The position numbers and the translations under genes were made by a program. A model generated the notes under the pieces. That model made no database searches. It worked only from the letters and a program-made list of their open reading frames with translations, and was not told the DNA's origin. A stretch of DNA of 64,000 nt from IMG/VR virus record IMGVR_UViG_3300035515_000417, positions 23,961-87,960 of that record; one strand, written 5' to 3'. Positions 30,544 to 39,874 of this stretch are shown here, in pieces. Source of the stretch: a virus (taxonomy: Duplodnaviria; Caudoviricetes). The stretch's first letter is position 1; every line of letters starts with the position of its first letter.

Positions 30544-30581
30544 GAACAAATGTTCAGAATATATGGTTGGAACAAATGTTT
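30544..30581. promoter_or_regulatory. Two tandem Firmicutes LexA/DinR-like SOS boxes
   Basis: GAACAAATGTTC (30544-30555) and GAACAAATGTTT (30570-30581) match GAAC-N4-GTTY. Intergenic, upstream of gyrB. Confidence 0.5.
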
Positions 30582-30645
30582 GAAATTTTGAAAAATAAAA
30601 GAGAACAATGGATTTAAGAGTGACTCAGTTGTAATTAAAAATTAC

Positions 30646-30674
30646 TTGAGAGCAAAAATCAAAATACCTATAAT
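30646..30674 (+). promoter_or_regulatory. Sigma-A-type promoter upstream of gyrB
   Basis: TTGAGA-17 bp-TATAAT. Confidence 0.6.
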
Positions 30675-30813
30675 TAAAAAGATATACAATACCAATCAAA
30701 GGCTAAACTAGTGATAAACCAGGTAGTTCTATGAAATGAGCAATTAAATATATAAAGTATAATTTTAATTTTTTAATTTTAAGTTGGAATTTAGAAAGGT
30801 AGGACATTTAAAA

Positions 30814-32856
30814 ATGATGGAAAAAGATAATCGTAACATGCGAAGTCTTAAAGACGAGCAGCAGGTTAGACAGAGAGCAAATGTTATATTTGGTACAGTA
30901 GATATAAATGGTGCTTTCAAGTGTATTGACGAGATAGTAGCTAACTCTGTAGATGAGGCGACAGAGGGTTATGGTAAGGAAGTCAGGGTAACAGTAAGGA
31001 AGCCTAATGAAAGTGATATTAAATTAGGTGCAAAGAACATAGGTGATGTAATTGAAATCTCTGATGATGGACGTGGCTTACCCATGGACTGGAATGAGGC
31101 AGAGCAGAAATATAACTGGGAACTCGCTTGTTGTACTCTATATGCATCTGGAAAGTATGATAGTTCACAGTATTCTCAGTCAGTAGGATTGAATGGGCTT
31201 GGTTTGACAGCTACTCAGTATGCTTCATCTTTCATGGTAGTAGAATCTACATATGAGGGAAAAACAAGGTATATGAGATTTCAGTTAGGTAAGCCAGTAG
31301 GAAAAATGGTAACAGTTGATGCTGTGAGAGAAGGTTCAGGAACTACAATAAGATTTCAGACAGACTATGAGGTATTTCCATGTTTACAGTATGAACAGAT
31401 AAGTATGGACAAGTATTTGAATTTGTTTAACAATCTGGCTATGATAAATAAGGGATTGGTAATCAAGTTAAATCATTATGAGTTAAACACAGAAGCAGTG
31501 TTTTACTATGAGGGCGGAATAGTAGAGTTTATAGACAGACTTCTTGAAGACCCTGAAATGACGGCTAAGCCAATGATACAAACCACTTCATTCTATGATA
31601 CAATGTATGGCACAGATGATGCAGTGACAAATCCCGAACAGTACAAATTTGACCTTGAGTTAGCATTTAACTTCTGTAGGGACAAATCAATAGTGGGAAT
31701 ATATCATAATGGTTCACACTTGTTTGAGGGTGGTACTACAGCTGACGGATTTGAGCAAGGCATCACAATGGCTTTTAATCATGTATTAAAAGAGACAAAT
31801 AAAATGGCAAAATCAGAAAGAGTTCTTTATAAAGATATAGAGCAAATGCTGTTATGTACACTCAGTACAAAATCTCCTGGATATCGTACAAATTTCAAGA
31901 GTCAGACAAAGAGTGCAGTAACGAATCCATGGATGGGAAAGGCTACAGCTTCATTTACATATGAGAAGTTTAGATACTGGCTTGAGAATAATAAGAATCT
32001 TGCTGATAAAGTATTGAACGAGGTTTTAATTAATAAGAAAGCTCGTGAGGATGGTGAGGCAGTAAGCAAGAAAGTAATTAAAAAGTTAAGTACAAATGTA
32101 AGTTTTACTAACAAGCCAAAGGGATTTGAGGACTGTGCTACAAAGGACGTTTCAATAAGAGAGGTATATCTAGTAGAGGGACTTTCAGCTCTTGGTTCAG
32201 CAAAACAGGCTTGTGATAGTAACTTCCAAGCAGTAATGCCACTTAGAGGTAAAATTATTAACAGTATAAAAGAAACCCCTGCACGAGTATTGAATAATGA
32301 GATAGTAGTAAATTTATTCAGAATACTTGGTTGTGGAATAGAGTTAAAGACAAAGTACCTTGAGGACCTTCCAAAATTCGACATAAACAAGTTGAAATGG
32401 AATAAAATCATCATATGTACTGATGCAGACGTAGATGGTTTTCATATAAGATGTTTAGCACTGGAGCTGTTTTATGTATTAGCACCATCCCTAATTAAAG
32501 AAGGTAAGGTGTTTATAGCAGAAACACCTCTGTATGAAATGTCATACAAAGAGGATTACAAGTTTGCTTATGATGATAGTGAGTATGACTTAAATATGAA
32601 ATACTTCACAGATACCTATGGAATTAATCCAACTAAAGTAGTAGTTAAGCGTTCTAAGGGACTTGGTGAGAACGATGCAGAAATGATGCATCGTTCAACA
32701 ATGAATCCAGAATCACGTAGATTAATTAAAATACAGTATCCAGAAGATGACACACAGTTAAGAAGTCAGTTCAATGCTTTATTAGGTGATGACATTGAAA
32801 CACGTAGAATGTTAATCAATGAATACTTTGATAAAATAGATGCAGACCTTGAATAA
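30814..32856 (+). CDS. gyrB: Type IIA topoisomerase subunit B (GyrB/ParE family)
   Basis: EIVANSVDE, DDGRGLP, GKY...GLNGLG, TOPRIM LVEGLSA, PLRGKIIN, ICTDADVDG, RSKGLGE. Start moved to ATG 30814 after AGAAAGGTAGG. Could equally be ParE. Confidence 0.9.
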   Translation: MMEKDNRNMRSLKDEQQVRQRANVIFGTVDINGAFKCIDEIVANSVDEATEGYGKEVRVTVRKPNESDIKLGAKNIGDVIEISDDGRGLPMDWNEAEQKYNWELACCTLYASGKYDSSQYSQSVGLNGLGLTATQYASSFMVVESTYEGKTRYMRFQLGKPVGKMVTVDAVREGSGTTIRFQTDYEVFPCLQYEQISMDKYLNLFNNLAMINKGLVIKLNHYELNTEAVFYYEGGIVEFIDRLLEDPEMTAKPMIQTTSFYDTMYGTDDAVTNPEQYKFDLELAFNFCRDKSIVGIYHNGSHLFEGGTTADGFEQGITMAFNHVLKETNKMAKSERVLYKDIEQMLLCTLSTKSPGYRTNFKSQTKSAVTNPWMGKATASFTYEKFRYWLENNKNLADKVLNEVLINKKAREDGEAVSKKVIKKLSTNVSFTNKPKGFEDCATKDVSIREVYLVEGLSALGSAKQACDSNFQAVMPLRGKIINSIKETPARVLNNEIVVNLFRILGCGIELKTKYLEDLPKFDINKLKWNKIIICTDADVDGFHIRCLALELFYVLAPSLIKEGKVFIAETPLYEMSYKEDYKFAYDDSEYDLNMKYFTDTYGINPTKVVVKRSKGLGENDAEMMHRSTMNPESRRLIKIQYPEDDTQLRSQFNALLGDDIETRRMLINEYFDKIDADLE

Positions 32857-32866
32857 ATTGAGGTAA

Positions 32867-32989
32867 ATTGTAGAGTCATTTAGGTTTTTCAAGTACAAAT
32901 TGAATAACACTGGGTGACTCTACAATAACACTAATGCATAAAGGAAAACAGCTCAGAATTTAGATGAATTGCTTTCTTTTGTGCATTAG
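32867..32989 (+). terminator. Two consecutive long hairpins after gyrB
   Basis: ATTGTAGAGTCATTTAG/CTGGGTGACTCTACAAT (32867-32926) and CTAATGCATAAAGG/CTTTTGTGCATTAG (32931-32989). Confidence 0.45.
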
Positions 32990-33043
32990 AAGTAAAAGAA
33001 TTTGTAATTTTAATTTTAAAAATTTGAAAGGAGCCTATCAAAA

Positions 33044-34138
33044 ATGACCTTACCAAATTATATAAAGACAGATGGTAAAATGGTAGACGTTGAGTTTCAA
33101 AAGCTTCCAGACAGTGTATTTATGGATGCTGTTAAGAATAGAGACATATCAAAGTTTATGATACTAGCCAAAGGTAAAAGGAAAGATATGGCACCAGGTG
33201 CACCAGACGTACAGATAGTTAGTTCAACAGGTGAGACAAAGATAATATCTCGAAAAGATTTGTGTAACAATTATGTGTTTGCCACAGGTAAGAAAATTAG
33301 ATTAGCATTACTAAGAAATAATAGACCTTACTTATGTGTATCACAGTGTGATAAGCCTTATAAAGTTTTGGCTGTGCCAGATAATTGTAAAGGAAGCATA
33401 TTATCAAATGGAAATGTAGTTCAAGTGAGTCCTGGTTCTGTAATAATTGTACCTATAAAAAGTGATGGAACACTTGATAAAATTCATATGTCAGTATCTA
33501 CAATGAGAAACTTCAAAAAGGGTTTCAGAGTTCCAAAGCAGGCTGTATTGCTTAGGCATAGGGGACAAAATGGTGCAAGACAATTTACACTGCATAATCA
33601 GTCAGAGAACAATGTAAATGGTGGTTCAAGGCAGAGGTTTGGAAGACGACCAACAATTAATTTTGGAAATCCAGCAAGTCCAAGTATGAACATTGGTGGA
33701 AATACACAGCATCAGATTAATTTGGAAAAGAAAGAGTTTAATACTCAGATACGTGTACAACCACAGATGACAAGCAGACCAAATCCAAATATGAACGTAA
33801 GGTCAAATACCAACATGCCAAATAGAAATGTGAAGTCACAGCCTCAAAATAACAGACCAAATGGTGTAGATATACAGAATCAACAGAAACAAGTACAGCC
33901 CAAGTATCAATATACAGTAGTAAATCAAGTATTAGATACAAAGAATAATCAGCTAAAGGGATATACCTTGATGCACCTGGAAACAAAGAAAAAACAGGTA
34001 GTATCTCCAAATGTACTTCTTCAATTATGTAAGCAGTACAGGGTAGCAAATGTGGAGGCTGTACAGAATCAAAATGGAATATCTTATTTAAGAGGAAATG
34101 GCATAGTTCTTAAGAACTTACCATCAGTGTTAGGATAA
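33044..34138 (+). CDS. Hypothetical protein with Q/N/P-rich linker and C-terminal GY-domain
   Basis: RBS AAGGAG. C-terminus YQYTVVNQVLDTKNNQLKGYTL...YLRGNGIVLKNLP aligns with the 29080 repeats. Confidence 0.75.
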   Translation: MTLPNYIKTDGKMVDVEFQKLPDSVFMDAVKNRDISKFMILAKGKRKDMAPGAPDVQIVSSTGETKIISRKDLCNNYVFATGKKIRLALLRNNRPYLCVSQCDKPYKVLAVPDNCKGSILSNGNVVQVSPGSVIIVPIKSDGTLDKIHMSVSTMRNFKKGFRVPKQAVLLRHRGQNGARQFTLHNQSENNVNGGSRQRFGRRPTINFGNPASPSMNIGGNTQHQINLEKKEFNTQIRVQPQMTSRPNPNMNVRSNTNMPNRNVKSQPQNNRPNGVDIQNQQKQVQPKYQYTVVNQVLDTKNNQLKGYTLMHLETKKKQVVSPNVLLQLCKQYRVANVEAVQNQNGISYLRGNGIVLKNLPSVLG

Positions 34139-34160
34139 GAGATGAGTTTGTGAATAAAGG

Positions 34161-34652
34161 GTGATAGCAATAAAAGCAGTGAAAATCAAATACAAAAGAA
34201 ATAAGTCAAAAGAATTAAAAGAGTATACAATTCAAGAAGAATTATTGTCAAAGCCATCAGATAAACTAACACCTTATGAAAAACGAGTAGTAAGAGATAT
34301 GAATAAAATACAATATACTGTATTAGATGTTACAGTAATGTTGGTAATAGGAATTTTGTTGTTAATATGTACAGCAGTATTAGTTTTGGGCGAGCAGCAT
34401 CCAGTACAAATAATACACAAGATATGCAGACAGGAATCAATAGCAGAATTAGAGAGTGTAGAGGGAATATTTTCCTATTCAGCTAATATGATATTCTTTA
34501 GCATAGTCTTGAATATAGTAACAGTAATTCTTCCATTCTTAGTAGCATGCATATTTTGTTTAAGAAATGTAATATACCGAGAGGAAATTCTAAGATACTT
34601 TAACCTAGAGAACAATAAGAACAGGGAATTGGTGGTTTATCCGATAAGGTAA
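34161..34652 (+). CDS. Hypothetical two-TM membrane protein
   Basis: Hydrophobic segments VLDVTVMLVIGILLLICTAVLVLG and MIFFSIVLNIVTVILPFLVACIFCL. Confidence 0.65.
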   Translation: MIAIKAVKIKYKRNKSKELKEYTIQEELLSKPSDKLTPYEKRVVRDMNKIQYTVLDVTVMLVIGILLLICTAVLVLGEQHPVQIIHKICRQESIAELESVEGIFSYSANMIFFSIVLNIVTVILPFLVACIFCLRNVIYREEILRYFNLENNKNRELVVYPIR

Positions 34653-34810
34653 CATTAAGGTGTCCAAGATGTAAATATACAGATACATATTTGGTTAGAC
34701 CGATATACTCTAATACAAAAGACCAAGCAGACCTAACAGTAGAATGTCACTTCTGTGATGAAATGATAGACAGTAGAATTTATAGTAATAACTTTGATAT
34801 AAAATTATAA
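34619..34810 (+). other. Open frame encoding a Zn-ribbon (CPRC...CHFC) with no ATG/GTG/TTG start ahead of the first CxxC
   Basis: Frame open 34619-34810: EQGIGGLSDKVTLRCPRCKYTDTYLVRPIYSNTKDQADLTVECHFCDEMIDSRIYSNNFDIKL. It fills the gap between two + strand genes. Confidence 0.45.
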
Positions 34811-34821
34811 AGCAAGGAGAT

Positions 34822-35577
34822 TTGATAGATATGCTAAAGACTAATTATTACAACAATTCCAGTTACTTTGAGGATAATTGGAGATTTGGTAAAGGTGATG
34901 GAATAAAGCTAGCAGACTTGTGTCAGAATATGGAGAACATAGAGGATAATAGGTGTTTCTGCTATGATATAGCTACTTCTATGACAATGCTGGGACTTGA
35001 TTGTGATGTAGTTCCACTTTATAAATACTATACATTGCAGATAATACATGCAGCAAGACTTGGTGAATTTGCAACTACAACTGAGGAATACTCTATACTT
35101 AGTAATTTGTGCTGCAAATGTGGTGCACTTACAGCTATATTAAAATTAAATACAGACATAAATCAAGCTGTAACATTAGCAAAGGCATTTATACCAATAT
35201 CCAGTATATTAAATGACCAGGCAGGTACAAGTGTTTTTGGATGTAAGGCAGTGTTTCTACAGCCACTATACGATTATAGAAATACAGACCTCACAGCTGT
35301 AGTAAGAACACTCAATTTGTTAAACACTGAGATACGTGAGAATTTTATAGACCAGAATGGTAGACTTTTTGGTAACATGCCAGTTGGACCTATTGAAGGG
35401 TTGGACCCAGAGAGTATAATGATATTGGCAATTGATAAGTTTATTGAGTTTGTAAGTAGTGAGGGATTCATGGTACTTGAATATAAACACATACCATTAT
35501 TCTATGAATACAATAAAGGTTACAATGTAGAATTGGCAGATAGATATAGACAGATGTATGGTGGAAAAACATTATAA
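34822..35577 (+). CDS. Hypothetical protein
   Basis: 251-aa ORF with AAGGAG RBS; no recognisable motif. Confidence 0.7.
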   Translation: MIDMLKTNYYNNSSYFEDNWRFGKGDGIKLADLCQNMENIEDNRCFCYDIATSMTMLGLDCDVVPLYKYYTLQIIHAARLGEFATTTEEYSILSNLCCKCGALTAILKLNTDINQAVTLAKAFIPISSILNDQAGTSVFGCKAVFLQPLYDYRNTDLTAVVRTLNLLNTEIRENFIDQNGRLFGNMPVGPIEGLDPESIMILAIDKFIEFVSSEGFMVLEYKHIPLFYEYNKGYNVELADRYRQMYGGKTL

Positions 35578-35699
35578 AATATTGAGTAGTCAATTACAAA
35601 AATCAATAATCAAATTACTAAAAAATGTCAATAAAGAGTATAAAATTAACTTATAATTTACAGTGAATACATGCTGGTGAATAAGCCATACTTGTTCAC

Positions 35700-35748
35700 T
35701 AGCATTTTTATATAAGTAGGTATATTTTATTTTTTAATTAAATTTTTA
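35700..35748 (+). promoter_or_regulatory. Recurrent element-specific upstream motif
   Basis: TAGCATTTTTATATAAGTAGGTATATTTTATTTTTTAATT upstream of gyrA. Confidence 0.55.
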
Positions 35749-35797
35749 AAAATAAAGGTGATTTAAAACAATTAAAAGTGAAAGGACAATTAAAATT

Positions 35798-38107
35798 ATG
35801 GAGACAAACTTAGAGTTAGGTAAAGCGTTGAATGAGTTTATGTTACCATTTGCAAAGTATTCTATCATTGATAGGGCAATATCTAGGATAGATGGTTTAA
35901 AGCCAGTACAGCGTCGTGTAATATATACAATGCATAATAAGGGGTTGGACAAGCCAAGTGCAGCTAAGGTCAAGAGTGCTAAAGTAGTAGGTGATGTAAT
36001 GGGTAAATATCATCCACATGGTGACTCATCTATTTATGAGGCTATGGTGACAATGTCAGATAATCATGAGGGATATAATATACCTTATATAGCTGCTAAA
36101 GGAAACTGGGGAAAGAAATACTCAAGCAATATTCAAGAAGCAGCTTACAGATATACAGAGGCGGCTTTAACTCCAATATGTGCAGAGTTCTTTGATGGTA
36201 TAAAAGAAAATGCAGTAGATTTTGTACCTAACTATGATAATACAGAGGAAGAGCCAGTAGTGCTTCCAGTAAAATTTCCTAGCATATTGGTAAATCCAAA
36301 TGCAGGTATAGCTGTTGGAACCAGTTCAAACTTACCAAGTTTCAGACTCGAGAATGTATGTAAGGCTACCCAGGGAATTATAACTGGTGAAATTAAAGAT
36401 GTGAATAAGCTTGCTGAAGTGTTAGGTGCACCAGAGTTTACCACTGGAGGATATTTACACGCTAGCAATGAATCTTTAGCAAAGTTGTGTAAAACAGGTA
36501 AAGGTTCATTTGTAATCAGTGGTAGAGCTGTATTGTACAGTAGTAAAATTGTAATAGAGGAAATTCCATATAACACGACAGCTGAGGCAGTAATTGAGTC
36601 AATCACAAATGCAGTATCAGAAGGAACTTTGAAAGGTGTATCAGATGTTCATAATCAGATTGACATTCATGGTTTCAGAATTACAGTAGAACTTAAAAAG
36701 GGCATGGACCCCAGAGCTATACTTAAAGAGTTATATAGACTTACACCATTAAGAAGTACAATATCATTTAGAACCAGAGTAATAGTAAATGATAGGTGTG
36801 AAGAAATTGGTTTATTAACACTGTTGGATGAGTGGATAAAGTTTAGAGTTTCTTGTATACGTAGAACCTATGAGTTTAGGTCAAAGAAAATGGCTGAAAG
36901 GGAACACCTATTAACAGCTTGGGAATTAATTATAGCAGATTTACCAACAGTAGTGCACATGATAGCTAGTAATACAGAAGATGTTGCAAGAGCTACATTA
37001 CAGACAAAGTATAAGTTAGATGAATTACAGTGTGATTATCTGTTAGACATGCCTATTAAAAGAATTACAAAAGATAGAGCAGAGAAGTCTATTAAAGAAT
37101 TAAAAGAAATCAGAGAGGAAATTAAGAGATTACTTGCTATAGTAAACTCTGACAATGAGATAAAGAAGATAATCGTTACAGAATTGACAGAGATAAGTAA
37201 TAAGTACAGCAAAGAAGGAAAAGTAACTCTTGTAGAGGAACTAAGACCTGAGGATAATAAGCCACAGGCAGTACAGATTACAGATGAAGTAGTAGCTATC
37301 ATTTATACAAAGAATGGTTTCATTAAGAGATTATCAAGTAACAGTCAAAGATGGCTTGATACTTATGAAACAGATGATGACTATGAGGTATCAAGGTGGA
37401 CAATGAAAAATAATCAACACTTGTTAGTATTTGATAGGTTTGGATATGTTCATAAGATATTAGCAGATGATATAGATGCAGGACGTGGAAGATTAGTAGA
37501 AGAACTTCATAAAAAGGCTGGACTTGAAAAGAAATCAGATATAATATGGGCAGATGCAGCTGGTGATTATTCAGGATACTTTAACTTAATGACTCCATTT
37601 GGTAAAGGTTTAAGAGTATACTATGATGAGGCTAAGCCAGAGGGAAAGAGAGTAAAGTACAGATTAAATTATGATGAGTTACAGCCTGGTTCATTCTTTA
37701 CCACTAGGGAAGATAAGTTCTTCATGATAACAAAAAAGAATAAAGCAGTATATAGAGATATTACAAATTTAGGTTTAATATCAAGGCGTACAGCTTTCAA
37801 TGTGGCACGAGTAAATTCAGGTGACCAATTTGTAAGATTACAGCCACTTGGTAAAGTTCCAGTATTAGAAGCTATTGATATAAACAGATATATTAGAGAA
37901 TATACAGTTGCAATTGGTGATGATATACTGTGGATACCAGATGAAGAGCTGACAAAACTTAGAATCCAGCAGAGAGTAGCTAGAGAGAACTATGAAAGAG
38001 AACAGAGAGAAAAAGAAGAAGCTGAGAGGCAGGCTAAGTTGGCTGATAACGTAGAAGGTGGAGAGGAAATAGCACAGGAAGATGTGCAAGACCTTGATAC
38101 AGTTTAA
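35798..38107 (+). CDS. gyrA: Type IIA topoisomerase subunit A (GyrA/ParC family)
   Basis: YSIIDRA...DGLKPVQRR, VMGKYHPHGD, catalytic Tyr in AAYRYTE, LVNPNAGIAVG. C-terminal domain is divergent with no GyrA-box seen. Confidence 0.9.
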   Translation: METNLELGKALNEFMLPFAKYSIIDRAISRIDGLKPVQRRVIYTMHNKGLDKPSAAKVKSAKVVGDVMGKYHPHGDSSIYEAMVTMSDNHEGYNIPYIAAKGNWGKKYSSNIQEAAYRYTEAALTPICAEFFDGIKENAVDFVPNYDNTEEEPVVLPVKFPSILVNPNAGIAVGTSSNLPSFRLENVCKATQGIITGEIKDVNKLAEVLGAPEFTTGGYLHASNESLAKLCKTGKGSFVISGRAVLYSSKIVIEEIPYNTTAEAVIESITNAVSEGTLKGVSDVHNQIDIHGFRITVELKKGMDPRAILKELYRLTPLRSTISFRTRVIVNDRCEEIGLLTLLDEWIKFRVSCIRRTYEFRSKKMAEREHLLTAWELIIADLPTVVHMIASNTEDVARATLQTKYKLDELQCDYLLDMPIKRITKDRAEKSIKELKEIREEIKRLLAIVNSDNEIKKIIVTELTEISNKYSKEGKVTLVEELRPEDNKPQAVQITDEVVAIIYTKNGFIKRLSSNSQRWLDTYETDDDYEVSRWTMKNNQHLLVFDRFGYVHKILADDIDAGRGRLVEELHKKAGLEKKSDIIWADAAGDYSGYFNLMTPFGKGLRVYYDEAKPEGKRVKYRLNYDELQPGSFFTTREDKFFMITKKNKAVYRDITNLGLISRRTAFNVARVNSGDQFVRLQPLGKVPVLEAIDINRYIREYTVAIGDDILWIPDEELTKLRIQQRVARENYEREQREKEEAERQAKLADNVEGGEEIAQEDVQDLDTV

Positions 38108-38196
38108 AGTATGCAGAGAGTGACAGTAAATAAAGGCGTGCAGAGAAAGTTAAACTAGTAGGAAAATTAAAAGAACAAACATAAGGAGACATAAGC

Positions 38197-39774
38197 ATGT
38201 GGGATAGAGTAAATATACCACTTGGAGTAGAAAGTTCTATAAGAAATATATTTAGTGCTCTGTTAGTTGGTGGAATAGATACAAACGACCCAAATAATGT
38301 ACAATTGCTACAAGACAAAGTAACAATTGCTAAGATAGCAAGAGCAAGATTCACAGCAGAATTTGCATTTAATATATTTTATAACAATTATGCTATATTT
38401 TATGAAATACTGAATACTTTACAAGTTAAGGTATTCAGTGTGGAACAGCTGAAATCTATATTGGAAACAAATAGGGACTTGGTTCTTGATAGTCCATACA
38501 TAGATAAAGCAAGATATAGTACCACAGAGACTGGTAACATTGCTAGTGATGATGACATATTAAATGCAATAACAGCTTCATTAGAGGAAGACTTGGTAGA
38601 ACTGTCAAATGTATTTGTAACAGAGGAACAATTTACTTCTGCTTGTAATATATACAAAGAGTGGTACAAGAAGGCTTTTGCAGAGTTTACTGCCTTGAAC
38701 ATGTCATCAATAATGTCAGACATAGGGTTTGATTGTAAGAAGCCCAATAGAAGGACAAGACACTATCAGGGTTTAAGTGACATGATGGAGTACTACAATG
38801 AAAATATAAAGATTATAAGGTCATTATCTGATGAGAACAGAATAAAAAGTACAGTGCTAGATGAAAAATGGTTATATGACCAGTTAAAAAATGAAACTAC
38901 AAAGGATAAAAATGGATTATTTACCATTGGAATCAAGGAAATGGACAGAACAATTGGTGAGTTACGTAGAGGAAATATATTAGGTGTCCTTGGACCACCA
39001 AAGGGTGGAAAAACAAGATTTACAAATTACCTTGTACAAAGAGCATTAAGCCTTGGATATAATGTATGTGTCTGGCCTCTTGAGGGTACACGAGAAGAAT
39101 GGGAATCCACACAGATATCCTGTTTAATAGCCCAAAACTCATACAATACCATGCGAAGAAAAGGCAAGAAAGATGGTATGATAAGAATTTCAAGCAAGGA
39201 TATATTACAAAAGAAATACTTGAGTTCACCAGAGTTAAGAAAACAAGTAGCAGGTGCAAAAACTATAATGGCAACTAGTCCAGAATATGGAACATTAAGT
39301 TTTATAGATGGAACAGCTTATGTAGAGGACTTTATAGATGTATTAGAGAATCATTGGGAAACAGAAAATCCATTTGATGTATTGGTAATTGACCAGTTGA
39401 TAAATGTAATGTCACATAAACCAATGAGTAGACCAGAGAAAATATCTGAAGCATACATTACATTAAAGGACTTCTTGGCAAATAGGCTTAAAATACCTGC
39501 TCTTGGAATAATGCCAGCTCAGCTAAAACAGACGGTCGTTGATTATATGAGGTCACATCCAGACGATACCATAGATGTTACTGCCGGAGGAGAGTCATCG
39601 GAAACGATTAGAACACCAGATGAGAGCATCGGACTCTTCAGTAGTAAGGAAGAGCGTGATAATAATATGATGAAGATTTATAGTGTGGCTTCAAGACATA
39701 ATGGCTCTTTCCAAGATTTTCAATGTAAATGTTACTTAGAGTGTTGTTTCTTTACAAGTGCAGATGATGAATAA
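38197..39774 (+). CDS. dnaB: DnaB-like (SF4) replicative helicase
   Basis: IGIKEMDRTIGELRRGNILGVLGPPKGGKT, PLEG, VLVIDQL, MPAQL, GESSETIRTPD, ASRH. Confidence 0.8.
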   Translation: MWDRVNIPLGVESSIRNIFSALLVGGIDTNDPNNVQLLQDKVTIAKIARARFTAEFAFNIFYNNYAIFYEILNTLQVKVFSVEQLKSILETNRDLVLDSPYIDKARYSTTETGNIASDDDILNAITASLEEDLVELSNVFVTEEQFTSACNIYKEWYKKAFAEFTALNMSSIMSDIGFDCKKPNRRTRHYQGLSDMMEYYNENIKIIRSLSDENRIKSTVLDEKWLYDQLKNETTKDKNGLFTIGIKEMDRTIGELRRGNILGVLGPPKGGKTRFTNYLVQRALSLGYNVCVWPLEGTREEWESTQISCLIAQNSYNTMRRKGKKDGMIRISSKDILQKKYLSSPELRKQVAGAKTIMATSPEYGTLSFIDGTAYVEDFIDVLENHWETENPFDVLVIDQLINVMSHKPMSRPEKISEAYITLKDFLANRLKIPALGIMPAQLKQTVVDYMRSHPDDTIDVTAGGESSETIRTPDESIGLFSSKEERDNNMMKIYSVASRHNGSFQDFQCKCYLECCFFTSADDE

Positions 39775-39790
39775 CATTTGTAAATAATAA

Positions 39791-39826
39791 GTAATAGCAG
39801 TGATGAAACAATGACACTGCTATTAC
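39791..39826. terminator. Perfect 12-bp inverted repeat after dnaB
   Basis: GTAATAGCAGTG...CACTGCTATTAC; no U-tract. Confidence 0.45.
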
Positions 39827-39874
39827 AATATAAAATATAGGATTAGCAATTAAGAAAGGTGGTATAACATTGAC

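Noticed and set aside
30814-39774. Inteins or introns in gyrB, gyrA or dnaB
   Set aside because: Motif spacing and lengths are normal or short; no C/S...HN splice motifs or LAGLIDADG inserts seen.
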